Assembly (NCBI GenBank): GCA_038496445.1
Contig: JALMLS010000255.1
Location: 496,001-560,000, forward strand
From: Trichosphaerium sp. ATCC 40318
Lineage: Eukaryota > Protista > Tubulinea
Direction of reading: 5' to 3'
DNA length: 64,000 nucleotides
Part shown: positions 12,170 through 22,508 of the stretch, one piece after another
Numbering within the stretch: position 1 is the stretch's first letter
Layout: the number at the start of each line of letters is the position of its first letter
The notes under the pieces: generated by a model
Told to the model about the DNA's origin: nothing
The model's input: only the letters and a program-made list of their open reading frames with translations
The model's database searches: none
Translations under genes and position numbers: made by a program

Positions 12170-13970
12170 CCTTTTTTTAGGAAAATAGAATTCCATTGCT
12201 CCAATAGCAGTAAAGAAACTTGCAAAGCGTTTAGATTGTAAGAGGAACAAACTTCTCGTACTTTTATCGCCTGAGAAGCTTCAAGTATTGTACAGCTTGC
12301 CACAACACATCTTACAAGTCTTGTTGGAAAGGTCGTGCACTGATTATTTCCTCCCATGGAAGATGCTTTAAGGATCTTTGTGTTGTATGTTGTCGCTATT
12401 CATTCCAACATAACGCATAGCATGGTTATCGCAGTCTCAGGTTAAGTCTGCGACTTACTAATCTTTTTAGATGCTATGAAAGCAATAGGTTTTTAAGGTA
12501 CGATTTTTTGTATGAGTTGTTTTTCTGGCTAGTGTATACTGCCAATTTCAAAAGGGCTATTGCCACGTGTCTTGAACATTAAAGGAGACATGTATTACTA
12601 GAACCTCATGCAGCATGTCATATGTCACTTGGTGACCAGAAAACGTTTGAAAAACACTATTTCTATTTTGAATTCTAAATGGTAACTTTTAGAGGATTGC
12701 GATAACACTGTAGAGATTGGTGAATATGTTAAACCTCTAACTCTGACAGCAGGGCCCATATAAAGGAGGAAGATCTAGAGGAAGTGTTTAATGTAAAGTG
12801 GTCCGGGTCCCATGCTTATTTTTAGATTAAAAAAATCTTGGATTGACTCGTGGTATTGCCGAAGCTAAGAGAGTACTACCAAATCAAAAGGATGACGTTG
12901 AAAAGATGATGGGGTACTATATTGCGGTAACGACTCTTGTTAAAAGGTCAGCTGAAAGATATTTTGGCTTCTTTGGTTCGGTTCGTTGTTGATTATTCAT
13001 TCCTCTTGTACTTATCCCTTATTGTAGTTTGGATAATTTTGTTGCTAAACAAGATTTATAAAGGAGGATACTCCACAAGCATTGAAATAACGATGTAAAA
13101 GATAAGACTAAGGTGGGGAAGTTATTTACAAAGAAAACCAACACAGTCACATGTACAATTATTTCGTCAAAAGGAGTATCTTTCCTCGTGGTAGTTTCGT
13201 TTTTTGTCAAGAACGAGCTTTCGAACGTCTTGCAACACCAAGAAAATTAAGGAGCGAGGTATTAGTGCTTAAAGGCGCAATGTCAATCAAATGTTGTAAA
13301 TACACGACCTATTTGTTGTTAAACACAATAGGAATCTACTTGAGTACCAATGATACGCTACGCTGAGATATAGTGCTTCCGCTTACGGATATCCATGGAA
13401 GTCCTTTAGGTGGTAGTTGAGGTAGTTTACGGGAACCAGCAATGGGTTTTAGCCTCTTGTGTAAATCTACAAATTCGCTAACTAATAATCAGTTTTTTTT
13501 CGCTGTACGCCGTATTTTCATAACTACTTATCACGTGATAGCCCTGTTGACGCACGTTTTGGAAATTTTTTTTGTTTTGTACACTTTTTACCTGTATCTT
13601 CGCTTTATGGTCCAGTTTTTGCCTTCCTGAGGCTGATCGACGCGTATGACATAGACTGTATATTTCTGGCTGTTCGTTCCACGACATATCTCAGTGAGTT
13701 CAAAAGATATCTTATAATCAGGACCACTTGCCATTTAGGTGTAGTTGGCAGATTCTGTTAAGTGTGCTTACTTAGTGCTTTTACCATATACTTACAAACT
13801 GCGGCTACAGAAATAAGTGAAAGCAGGCTTGTGGGGTGTATGATAATCTGAGTGTTACACTGGCTACCAGAGTGATAATTCACATTTCCTTTGGTAAAAA
13901 TGGAATTGAGGATTTTATCAAGCGAAATGGTCTTGTATTTTCTGGCAAGTTTTGGGAGTTTGCAAACCTG
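12170..13970 (+). pseudogene. decayed coding-like sequence, family not recognised
   Basis: Short protein-like blocks (e.g. LTRGIAEAKRVLPNQKDDVEKMMGYYIAVTTLV) are broken by stops, and no coherent gene model could be built. Confidence 0.25.
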
Positions 13971-13973
13971 AGT

Positions 13974-14064
13974 AGAGGTGGTCGTGGTCCGGTCCCGGCT
14001 AAGCCGGCTACAATAATCTGTAGCTGGTTTACCGACGGCCAAGAAACTCAGCAACAAAATCTGT
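13974..14064 (+). repeat. GC-rich hairpin-containing repeat, copy A (related to 21475-21583)
   Basis: Shares AGAGGTGGTCG, AAGCCGGCTA and AACTC.GCAACAAAATCTGTA with the copy at 21475 in direct orientation. Internal stem GCCGGCTACA/TGTAGCTGGT. Confidence 0.55.
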
Positions 14065-14906
14065 AATAGGTTAACTTAAAAATGTGCGATTTTGTTGATG
14101 TTGTACCTTGGTACATGCTTTTTTTAAGTTCTACATGCTCTCAATGAATGTTTGTTGATGAGAATATTAACTACGAAAATAATGTGAGCATCACACTATC
14201 GATTCCAGAAGACTAAAATTTCGTGGAGCATTTACAAGCAAGTACTGACTAGGAGGGTCGCAATATATTGTTTTGTATCATTCAACTGAAGTGGAACACC
14301 CACGTTCACTGTAATTACCATATACGCGATCATTAGTGTAATTAATAACCTAAAACAAAGCACTAACCTGCACTTGTAGTCCAAAGCACGCGTGTTCAGT
14401 TGAAAAATTATGGATGAGTATGTCAACCATTTGTTTGAATTCGTGAGATTGAAACTCAACTCTGAACTCAACAGAAGCATTAACAATAAACTATGGTTGA
14501 TATCAACAACCCAACCCTTGAGATGTAATCTGGGGGTTTTTTTGTGGGTGGTCAATCGAACTTCTTCGTGGACAGGAACAATGAGAATGGCGAATGGCGC
14601 TTCTAAAACCATGCACAAATAGTTGTAAACGCCATACAGAGATAAATAAAGGCATTCTGGAGAAAAAAACGGTTGGTTTTTGTTACTATTTATATACAAT
14701 AAGCGTGGACGCCATTAAATACAATGAAGGTAAGTATGAGCGCGTTTTAGGCCGCTATCATTTATTTGGACTTTCAACAACGAAGAGGCCCACAAAACAC
14801 AGGAACAACGAACTAATATTACTGTTTTGAGTGTTGTTCAACCACAACCTCAACGCACAATGTGTATGAAGAGAGCTACGAGAGTTGCAATGCTATTGTA
14901 GGTGCT

Positions 14907-16486
14907 GTGAAAACTCGATATTTTCATTCAATAGGTTCAGTCTTACAACCGTGTAGCCTAATATAGCATAAAAGAAGAAAGACTTCAAGTCACACAAAAA
15001 AAAAAAAAAAGAAAAAAATACCAAACACAAATTATTTTGTGTAGTGTGTGCCCCTAGAAGTTGCTTCTCTTTACCCCTTGTAGTTGGGTCTTCTACCACA
15101 TAAGCCACCTATGTAAAATGCGTAAAAAACATGGCATAGGCAGTGGTAATCGACTGGCTCAAAGCACCTCCTGTCTGAGGTGATACAATAGTGTATCTGT
15201 AACTACAGAACACTTTGTGAAGGATAGAAAAGGGCAAGTTTAGCTTGTCTCTTAGTACATCCATCAATGACACTACTCATTGGTTATTGAGTGAGTGGCA
15301 CTACAGCTTTAATGCTGTGTCCACTCTGAGAATGGGTTCTCTTCTATCATTATAACGCACATTTTGAGGCGTAGAAATGTTAATCGAGACCTCCAGTCAT
15401 GAAGTTGAAGCCCATAGTGGGCGACAACTATCTATGTATGAACATATGTTCTCTTCTATCATTATAACACTCATTTGAAGTGTAGAAATGTTAATCGAGT
15501 CATAGGTTCATCATGAATTGGCAGGTACCCTAAGAGGTGCCATGTCATCCAGCAGCTCATCAAGTTTTACCCAACAAGGAAAGGCACATGTCCAAGTACT
15601 TGTGGGGGATAGACATCGGTGTGTCTCAAGAATTAATTGATGGAAAGGCACCCAAGCCAAGTACATCAATTAGGGAGAGAAGGGTGGTATTATAAAGGTA
15701 TGTAATTGAAGCCCTCAGTGGGCAACAAAATCACATAAATGTATGACTGACCAATGTTTTATAGGAGAGTAGATATGGTATTGGATTTCTGGTTCAACAC
15801 AGGTGGAGCAAACTTGGGATAAGGGGTATGTTTAGGTTGGTACCAAGATTTTGGCAAGACAGATTCTAGTTGAGGTATTCAAAGTCGTGATTATATATAA
15901 GGTTATTGTTAACTAACTTATGCTAGGGAAAGGAGCAATTCAGTACTTGGTTTCACTTGCTTGTGAAATCATGCCTGTAATTTCAAAGAGTAACGGGTTG
16001 GTAGGCAGGCCACTATATAAGAGCTTCAGTATTTTTCAGTAGGAATTCTTTCAATCACTGCGGCTGGACTTTAGAACTTAATCACTTCTAAAGTTTCGAG
16101 TTTCCCATGCCTCTGGAGAGGGGGGTTGCTCGGTTGAATGAAGGAAAATGTTAAATATTGTTGTGAGTAAACATCCTCAAAGCCAATACGACTCTTTTGA
16201 ATGTCATGGGTATGTCAAAGTATTGACTGCAACTTTCTCTATTTTAAACAGTACAGTCCATCAAAGTAGATGATGTCCTGATCACTTAACCCACACGCCA
16301 AACATTTGTTTTGGTGCCAATGCCAAGTGTTGAGCCTTAGTGATCTCCATTCTTAAGAATGTCAATCCTTGTGTAGATTGATAAATAAACATAAATATAA
16401 CATTTTTTTTCACCATCTTTTACCACTTTGTTCATTTACCTTCCCTTTTGTCGTCCTTAAAATAGCACTGTTGTTTTAGTTGTACA
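14907..16486. repeat. left arm of a long inverted duplication (mate 18793-20877)
   Basis: Near-identical reverse complement of 18793-20877. ORFs 14893-15108(-) and 20676-20948(+) give the same N-terminal peptide. Weaker similarity extends out to ~14785 and ~21000. Confidence 0.9.
15131..16040 (+). pseudogene. decayed intron-containing gene inside the left arm (mirror copy on the - strand in the right arm)
   Basis: Frame MA*AVVIDWLKAPPV*GDTIVYL*LQNTL*RIEKGKFS... has stops compatible with C->T changes. Intact-looking introns (gtatgt...ctgac...tatag; gtattc...ctaac...ctag). Local ~112-bp duplication at 15337-15499. Confidence 0.4.
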
Positions 16487-17745
16487 ACATCTCTCATATT
16501 CAATTTATCTTGCCTTCTGTGTAAGTGCATTCGAAACAGTATCCATTCACCCTTTGTACATACACTGTGCTTGAGCCAGATTACGTATGCACTCCACTTT
16601 TAAAACAAAATTATTTTGATGTTGAAAATAGTTTGTTATGATTGGCGCTTGACTAAATAGTAGTCATACATACTGTGCATAATATATAGAGAGTATGAAA
16701 CATTCACTAACAGTGGTGTAGCCTGCAATGACTCTAAAAAATAGTGTAATTTTGTGACTTTTTAAGCATGGTTAAGCTATACTTATTGCACACATTATCA
16801 ATTATGTTTTCATCACTTTGAGTAGGTGTCAATGGTCGTATTTAATAGCCTCAAAGCATGTTATTGAAAAGTAAACGCACAATAAAGTGCCTCAAATGTG
16901 GAGTTTGTTGAATGATATTTGATGAAACAAACACTTTCTTTACTATTCTACATGGATGTTATAAGTGATGTTCTACACTTTTCTTCATTTGAAAATGAGT
17001 ATATGGCATAGTGGTGCCACTATGATCAATTGTAAAAATACACATGCCAATAGTGTTTGCCAAAAGTACTCTTACATTTTTTTTTCCCAAATTTATCAAA
17101 CAATCAATTTTACATCTCAGGTATTGCCACTGATATACTCACATGTGTTGCAAGTGATGTATTTTAGCTGGCACATTTATGTGTTTTTAAAAATGGCCCA
17201 GTTTTCTACAGCTGTAGGAATTTTTCATAAAACCAATATTAAAGGCTAGGGCCAAAACGGTCCAAACTGTGAATATGTAGAAACAGAAGTATATGAACTG
17301 TTTCTATAGTTTAGAGAATATTGATGGCATTGCCTGGCATTATACCTTTTTCTTGCCTTTTTGTTAAAAATGGTGTTTTATGCTTGGAAACACATATTCT
17401 ACACATTATTATCGCTTAAAGTATTGTTCTTGATTTTAAAGAGTTAACTTTTTTAGCCACTAAACGCTGTAAAACACTTATAACTTCAGTTCCTACATAT
17501 TTGGACAATTAAAAGGGTGTGTAATGTGCAGGCATCATGAAACCGTGTTCAAGGAGTTTATGTTGCTACTTTCCTTTTAAGGCAAAAAGTTCTTGCTTGA
17601 AAGTAAGTACTTTTTTCCGCTTGCGACGTAATTTATGCTCTCACACTCCACCACCTTGTTTAACAGGATGTTTTAAAGCTGATAAGCGTGTGTGGAATGC
17701 ATAGGTAATCTGGCTCTACAAGTTGTCCGTTCACCCAATTTTGAC
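16410..17745 (-). pseudogene. MORN-variant repeat pseudogene interrupted by TIR element copy 2
   Basis: Removing 16573-17716 plus 2 bp rejoins WVNGQLV-AQCMYKG in frame. Downstream fragments read NGYCFECTYTEGK and LKQQCYFKDDKREGK*TKW*. Confidence 0.6.
16573..17716. mobile_element. non-autonomous TIR DNA transposon, copy 2
   Basis: Colinear direct copy of 10489-11645 with the same TIRs (GAGCCAGATTACGTATGCACTCCAC ... GTGGAATGCATAGGTAATCTGGCTC). Flanks are TT and TA, so one TSD copy appears mutated. Confidence 0.9.
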
Positions 17746-18329
17746 CTTAAAAACGTACTAAAAAACAACACTATAAAGTTTTTCATAAAAACCCACAAAT
17801 GGCTAGGAACGATTTTGTAAGCGGTTCACACCTCTCATATCAATGCTTTATCCTGTGTGGATGTACCTTTGGAATGAATGGCTCTATTGTTAAGTTCTAA
17901 ATGTGGAATAAATTATTAATTTTTTTCTTGCTTTTTGGCGTTTTTTTTAAGACTTAGTTTTCTTTAAAAAAACTGTTTACATTGGAATTTACAGATTGTG
18001 CAAGGCTGTACAGACTATAACATAATGCGCACAAGTTCACTATAGTGTTTAATGTACAATTTTTCCGACATCCGTGCGCTATTGATGCCACGAAGACGTT
18101 GTCTTTCCTCCCAAACATCACATTTTAGTTGTAGCAAGAACTTTATACAAAAGTGTAATGATAATCACCTCACAACTGAGACAAATCCAGAGTGGTGTAA
18201 TATACACTCAATTGCAACATTTTTTGGGTGCTCCATGTCATGATAAACCTATTCTTCATAACTTCTATACACCATAAATTTTTAGGTATTGATAATACTA
18301 ATCAGTTGGTCAAACACAACATTGAGCAG

Positions 18330-18870
18330 AATTACATGCTGAAAGACTTTGGATTTGTCAAAACTGACTGTAACATACACATCTATGTTCTTCAAAAAGA
18401 TTCTTTGAGCAATTCTTATTTATATTACCTTTGGTAACCAGGTGTTTACAGAGCAACTTTTGTAAGTCATTTGAAGATGATGTAAGTTCAAGAGCTGTGA
18501 AATAGATACTTAACTTGTTTAAAAATGGCTAATAGCAGTAGTGTTCGGAGCAGGAACAACACAAAAGATAACAACTATGCGACCTCAAAACAGGAAAGTG
18601 CATTATTGAATTGATGAGAATAGTGAAAAGCATGAATATTCTGGAAGCAAAGAGTAATGCGGAGAAGAATGGCTTTAAACAATGGTGAGAATATAAACTC
18701 GATGTACACAGTTAACGGACAACTTGCAGGACTGTGCTTGCATAAGGATGGTAAGAAAAAACGGCAAGTATTCTTACCTGGTATGATGAGGATGTACAAA
18801 TAAAACAACAGTGCTATTTTAAGGACGACAAAAGGGAAGGTAAATGAACAAAGTGGTAAAAGATGGTGAA
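18330..18870 (+). pseudogene. F-box-like/MORN-variant repeat pseudogene, paralogous to 30457-30980
   Basis: Fragments IHIYVLQKDS and LPLVTRC...SFEDDV resemble IQLYIVDLDS and WPLLSKR...RFDDEM. MORN-variant fragments VNGQLAGLCLHKDGKK and TWYDEDVQIKQQCYFKDDKREGK*TKW* are broken by stops and frameshifts. Confidence 0.6.
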
Positions 18871-19343
18871 AACAATGTTATATTTATGTTTATTTATCAA
18901 TCTACACAAGGATTGACATTCTTAAGTTAAGGCTTGACACTTTGAATGGCACCAAAACAAATGTTTGGCGTGTGGGTTAAGTGATCAGGACATCATCTAC
19001 TTTGACGGACTGTACTGTTTAAAATAGAGAAAGTTGCAGTCAATACTTTGACATACCCATGACATTCAAAAGAGTCGTATTGGCTTTGAGGATGTTTACT
19101 CACAACAATAATTTAACATTTTCCTTCATTCAACCGAGCAACCCCCCTCTCCAGAGGCACGGGAAACTCGAAACTTTAGAAGTGATTAAGTTCTAAAGTC
19201 CAGCCGCAGTGATTGAAAGAATTCCTACTGAAAAATACTGAAGCTCTTATATAGTGGCCTGCCTACCAACCCGTTACTCTTTGAAATTACAGGCATGATT
19301 TCACAAGCAAGTGAAACCAAGTACTGAATTGCTCCTTTCCCTA

Positions 19344-19870
19344 CACTTGCACAATAACATTTTAGATAACAATTGAATACACTACTCAGTGCCGACACAC
19401 TGTGGGTAATACGTTCGGTATGATACTTGGGAGTAACCCTGTTCTCTGTCAAACGTAACCGTATATATATGGTGCCCCAACTTTCGTTGTGGTCGGATGT
19501 GTAGTATATTCAGTGCTATCCCTCCAAGGTACTTAAGAGTATTGTTCCCTTGGAGGTAAAATGAGAGAATAAACACACAGCACAATAACATTTTAGATAG
19601 CAATTGAATACACTACTCAGTGCCGACACACTGTGGGTAATACGTTCGGTATGATACTTGGGGGTAACCCTGTTCTCTGTCAAACGTAACCGTATATATA
19701 TGGTGCCCCAACTTTCGTTGTGGTCGGATGTGTAGTATATTCAGTGCTATCCCTCCAAGGTACTTAAGAGTATTGTTCCCTTTGGAGGTAAAATGTATTG
19801 AATGTGTTTATTCTCTGCAACATACAGGGACTGAGCCCTTGTACATTGCTGTGCATGTCAATTCCTAAGG
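19344..19870. repeat. insertion unique to the right arm, containing two tandem units with 231-bp period
   Basis: Absent from the left arm at ~15920. Units start at 19349 and 19580 and are nearly identical. Each has an internal inverted pair (19372-19385 / 19501-19514) and a stem-loop (CCTCCAAGG...CCTTGGAGG). Confidence 0.85.
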
Positions 19871-20554
19871 TGTAAGTTAGTTAACAATAAACTTATAATC
19901 ACGACTTTGAGTACCTCAACTAGAATCCGTCTTGCCAAAATCTTGGTACCAACCTAAACGTACCCCCTTATCCCAAGTTTGCCCCACCTGTGTATTGAAC
20001 CAGAAAAAATACCCTATAAAACATTGGTCAGTCATACATTTATGTGATTTTGTTGCCCACTGAGGGCTTCAATTACATACCTCTATAATACCACCCTTCT
20101 CTCCCTAATTGATGTACTTGGCTTGGGTGCCTTTCCATCAATTAGTTCTTGAGACACATCGATGTCTATCCCCCACAAGTACTTGGACATGTGCCTTTCC
20201 TTGTTGGGTAAAACTTGTTGAGGTACCTGCCAAAGCTATGATGAACCTATGACTCGATTAGCATTTCTACACTTCAAATGAGTGTTATAATGATAGAAGA
20301 GGATACATGGTCACACATAGATAGTTCTCGCCCACTGTGGGCTTTAACTTCATGACTGAAGGTCTCGATTAACATTTCTACGCCTCAAAATGTGCGTTAT
20401 AATGATAGAAGAGAACCCATTCTCAGAGTGGACACAGCATTAAAGCTGTAGTACCACTCACTCAACAACCAATGAGTAGTGTCATTGATGGATGTACTAA
20501 GAGACAAGCTAAACTTGCCCTTTTCTATCCTTCACAAAGTGTTCTGTAGTTACA

Positions 20555-20618
20555 GATACACTATTGTATCACCTCAGACAGGAGGTGATACACTATTGTA
20601 TCACCTCAGACAGGAGGT
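20555..20618. repeat. 32-bp tandem duplication
   Basis: GATACACTATTGTATCACCTCAGACAGGAGGT occurs twice here and once in the left arm (~15167-15198). Confidence 0.9.
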
Positions 20619-21474
20619 GCTTTGAGCCAGTCGATTACCACTGCCTATGCCATGTTTTTTACGCATTTTACATAGGTGGCTTATGTGGTAGAAGACCCAA
20701 CTACAAGGGGTAAAGAGAAGCAACTTCTAGGGGCACACACTACACAAAATAATTTGTGTTTGGTATTTTTTTCTTTTTTTTTTTTTTTGTGTGACTTGAA
20801 GTCTTTCTTCTTTTATGCTATATTAGGCTACACGGTTGTAAGACTGAACCTATTGAATGAAAATATCGAGTTTTCACGGCACATACAATACCAATGTGAC
20901 TCTCATAGCTCACTGCATACACGTCGTATTCTGCAGTTGTGGGTTTGAAAAAACCAACACAATTATTGGTTGTGCCTCTGTGCTCTGTGGTGCCTGTTGG
21001 TTGTTAGTACTTGCAAAAAGCAATAAAGATTTGCTTCTTTGTCGCAGAAGCCCCTTACATACAACAAATTGGTGTTTTCGAGGGTCTACTACTAGAACCG
21101 AGCATTCTTTATTTACTTTTAGAGTTTACACTTCACTGAAATATCTATTTTAAATACTCAAATATGGATAATGCACATTTCCAAAACTCCATAAACCCTT
21201 GTGTTAGCTATTTTCGTGACTTGAGTACCGTTTCAGCGATGTTTTGTTTTGTAAAACGTGCAACTAAACGATAACTACTTTTTCCTGCTTGCATGCTCAC
21301 GAAAATTATATTGCTTTTGAAAACGTTACCGTATCGTGTAAAGAATAGATTCAAACGCTTTTTTGGTTGTTCACGGAATGCTCGAAAAGGAAATGTGTGC
21401 TATAAAATTCAAACAAGGGATCAGCTTCATGTTTACCATATGGCCACAACCAATCTTACATAGGTGGTACAACG

Positions 21475-21583
21475 AGAGGTGGTCGCTAAACAGCTATAGC
21501 CGGTTATCCGCGTAAGTTTTTGGGACCGGCAAAAGCCGGCTAAGAAAAATAAGATAACTCCGCAACAAAATCTGTAGTCGGCT
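21475..21583 (+). repeat. GC-rich hairpin-containing repeat, copy B
   Basis: Same blocks as 13974-14064, with repeated (T)AGCCGG motifs. Confidence 0.55.
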
Positions 21584-22508
21584 ATGGATCAAACAGTTTC
21601 TTTCTGGTAACTAACTACACAGTCTCTTCTTCTTTTTCAGCCTTTATGATTTTCTTTGTTGCGCTACAGGCAATATATTAACATACCGTGGACATGGAGA
21701 TTGCTGTTTTATTAATACAAATCCTTGATAAACAAACAAACTTTCACACAGATGTCCGATGTATCTATCTAGTTTAGTTGTTAGTCTTTGGTTCAACTCC
21801 TCAAGGGGCTTCTCCATGGCTGGACTCTAGTAATTGTTGAAAGTTCAGGTTTCGATTCAGGTAAGACACGCAGAATTGACTTGAAGGCGCTTGAGAATAC
21901 CTGATAATCGAAAAGTTAGTTTTGGTGCATTGCTATCATAAATTCCGTAGAATGAGCATACACTAGTTGCCTATGCAGCGGTAAAATGGGTCATCCACAG
22001 CTCCACTTGTACCTCAACTTCAATAGTTAAATTATGCCAACATTTCTCACAAACTTGTAACATATTTTGTAGCTTGTATCCTACGATTTATTGAACGAGA
22101 CAGAATGCTATGCACCCAATATCTAATTGTAAGCCTTGACTTAATGCTATGAGTTGCTCCAATTATCACCTCAAACCTAACGAACACTACATGCAACAAA
22201 GATAAATTTAGGTATCTGATGTGGTCGCTATAGATCTTATGCTCCCTGGGTGATATGGTGGATAAGGTCCTTACAAGGCCTTACAGTCACAAAAGCCACA
22301 AGAAAAGTGATTGTTTACCCAGAAACTTAAAATGAGCTGTTTTACCTTTGGTCACTTTTATATCCATTGATTTACTACTAATGCGTAGGTGCAACGAGAG
22401 ATGAGTGGTTGTGCTATTAACCAACGCCTTCAATTAAAAGGAAATCAATGTATCCGTCGACCATGCTGTATTTACAAGTTTTTCTTCAATTTATTTACAT
22501 AACACTTG

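Larger units (their letters stand above)
18793..20877. repeat. right arm of the long inverted duplication (mate 14907-16486)
   Basis: Reverse complement of the left arm, with an extra ~525-bp insertion (19344-~19870) and a 32-bp duplication (20555-20618). Confidence 0.9.

Noticed and set aside
15765-15810. YGIGFLVQH resembling a non-LTR retrotransposon endonuclease motif
   Set aside because: Isolated short match with no other endonuclease or reverse-transcriptase motifs nearby.
15919-15925. TA-TGC-TA as a Tc1/mariner excision footprint of the 19344-19872 insertion
   Set aside because: Equally explained by an ancestral GCG that decayed differently in each arm. The insertion has no convincing terminal inverted repeats, and this site is a normal intron 3' end.
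15131-16040. In-frame TAG/TAA/TGA codons suggesting a reassigned genetic code
   Set aside because: Intact genes end with all three stops (NOB1 TAG, CASTOR-like TAA, GH27 TGA) and have no internal ones. The stops are confined to decayed repeat DNA.
19349-19795. Tandem repeat considered as a CRISPR-like array
   Set aside because: Only two long units, no repeat-spacer series and no cas-like genes, in a eukaryotic context.
21600-22480. Coding-like sequence downstream of the CASTOR-like gene
   Set aside because: No stop-free model or recognisable motif could be built on either strand.
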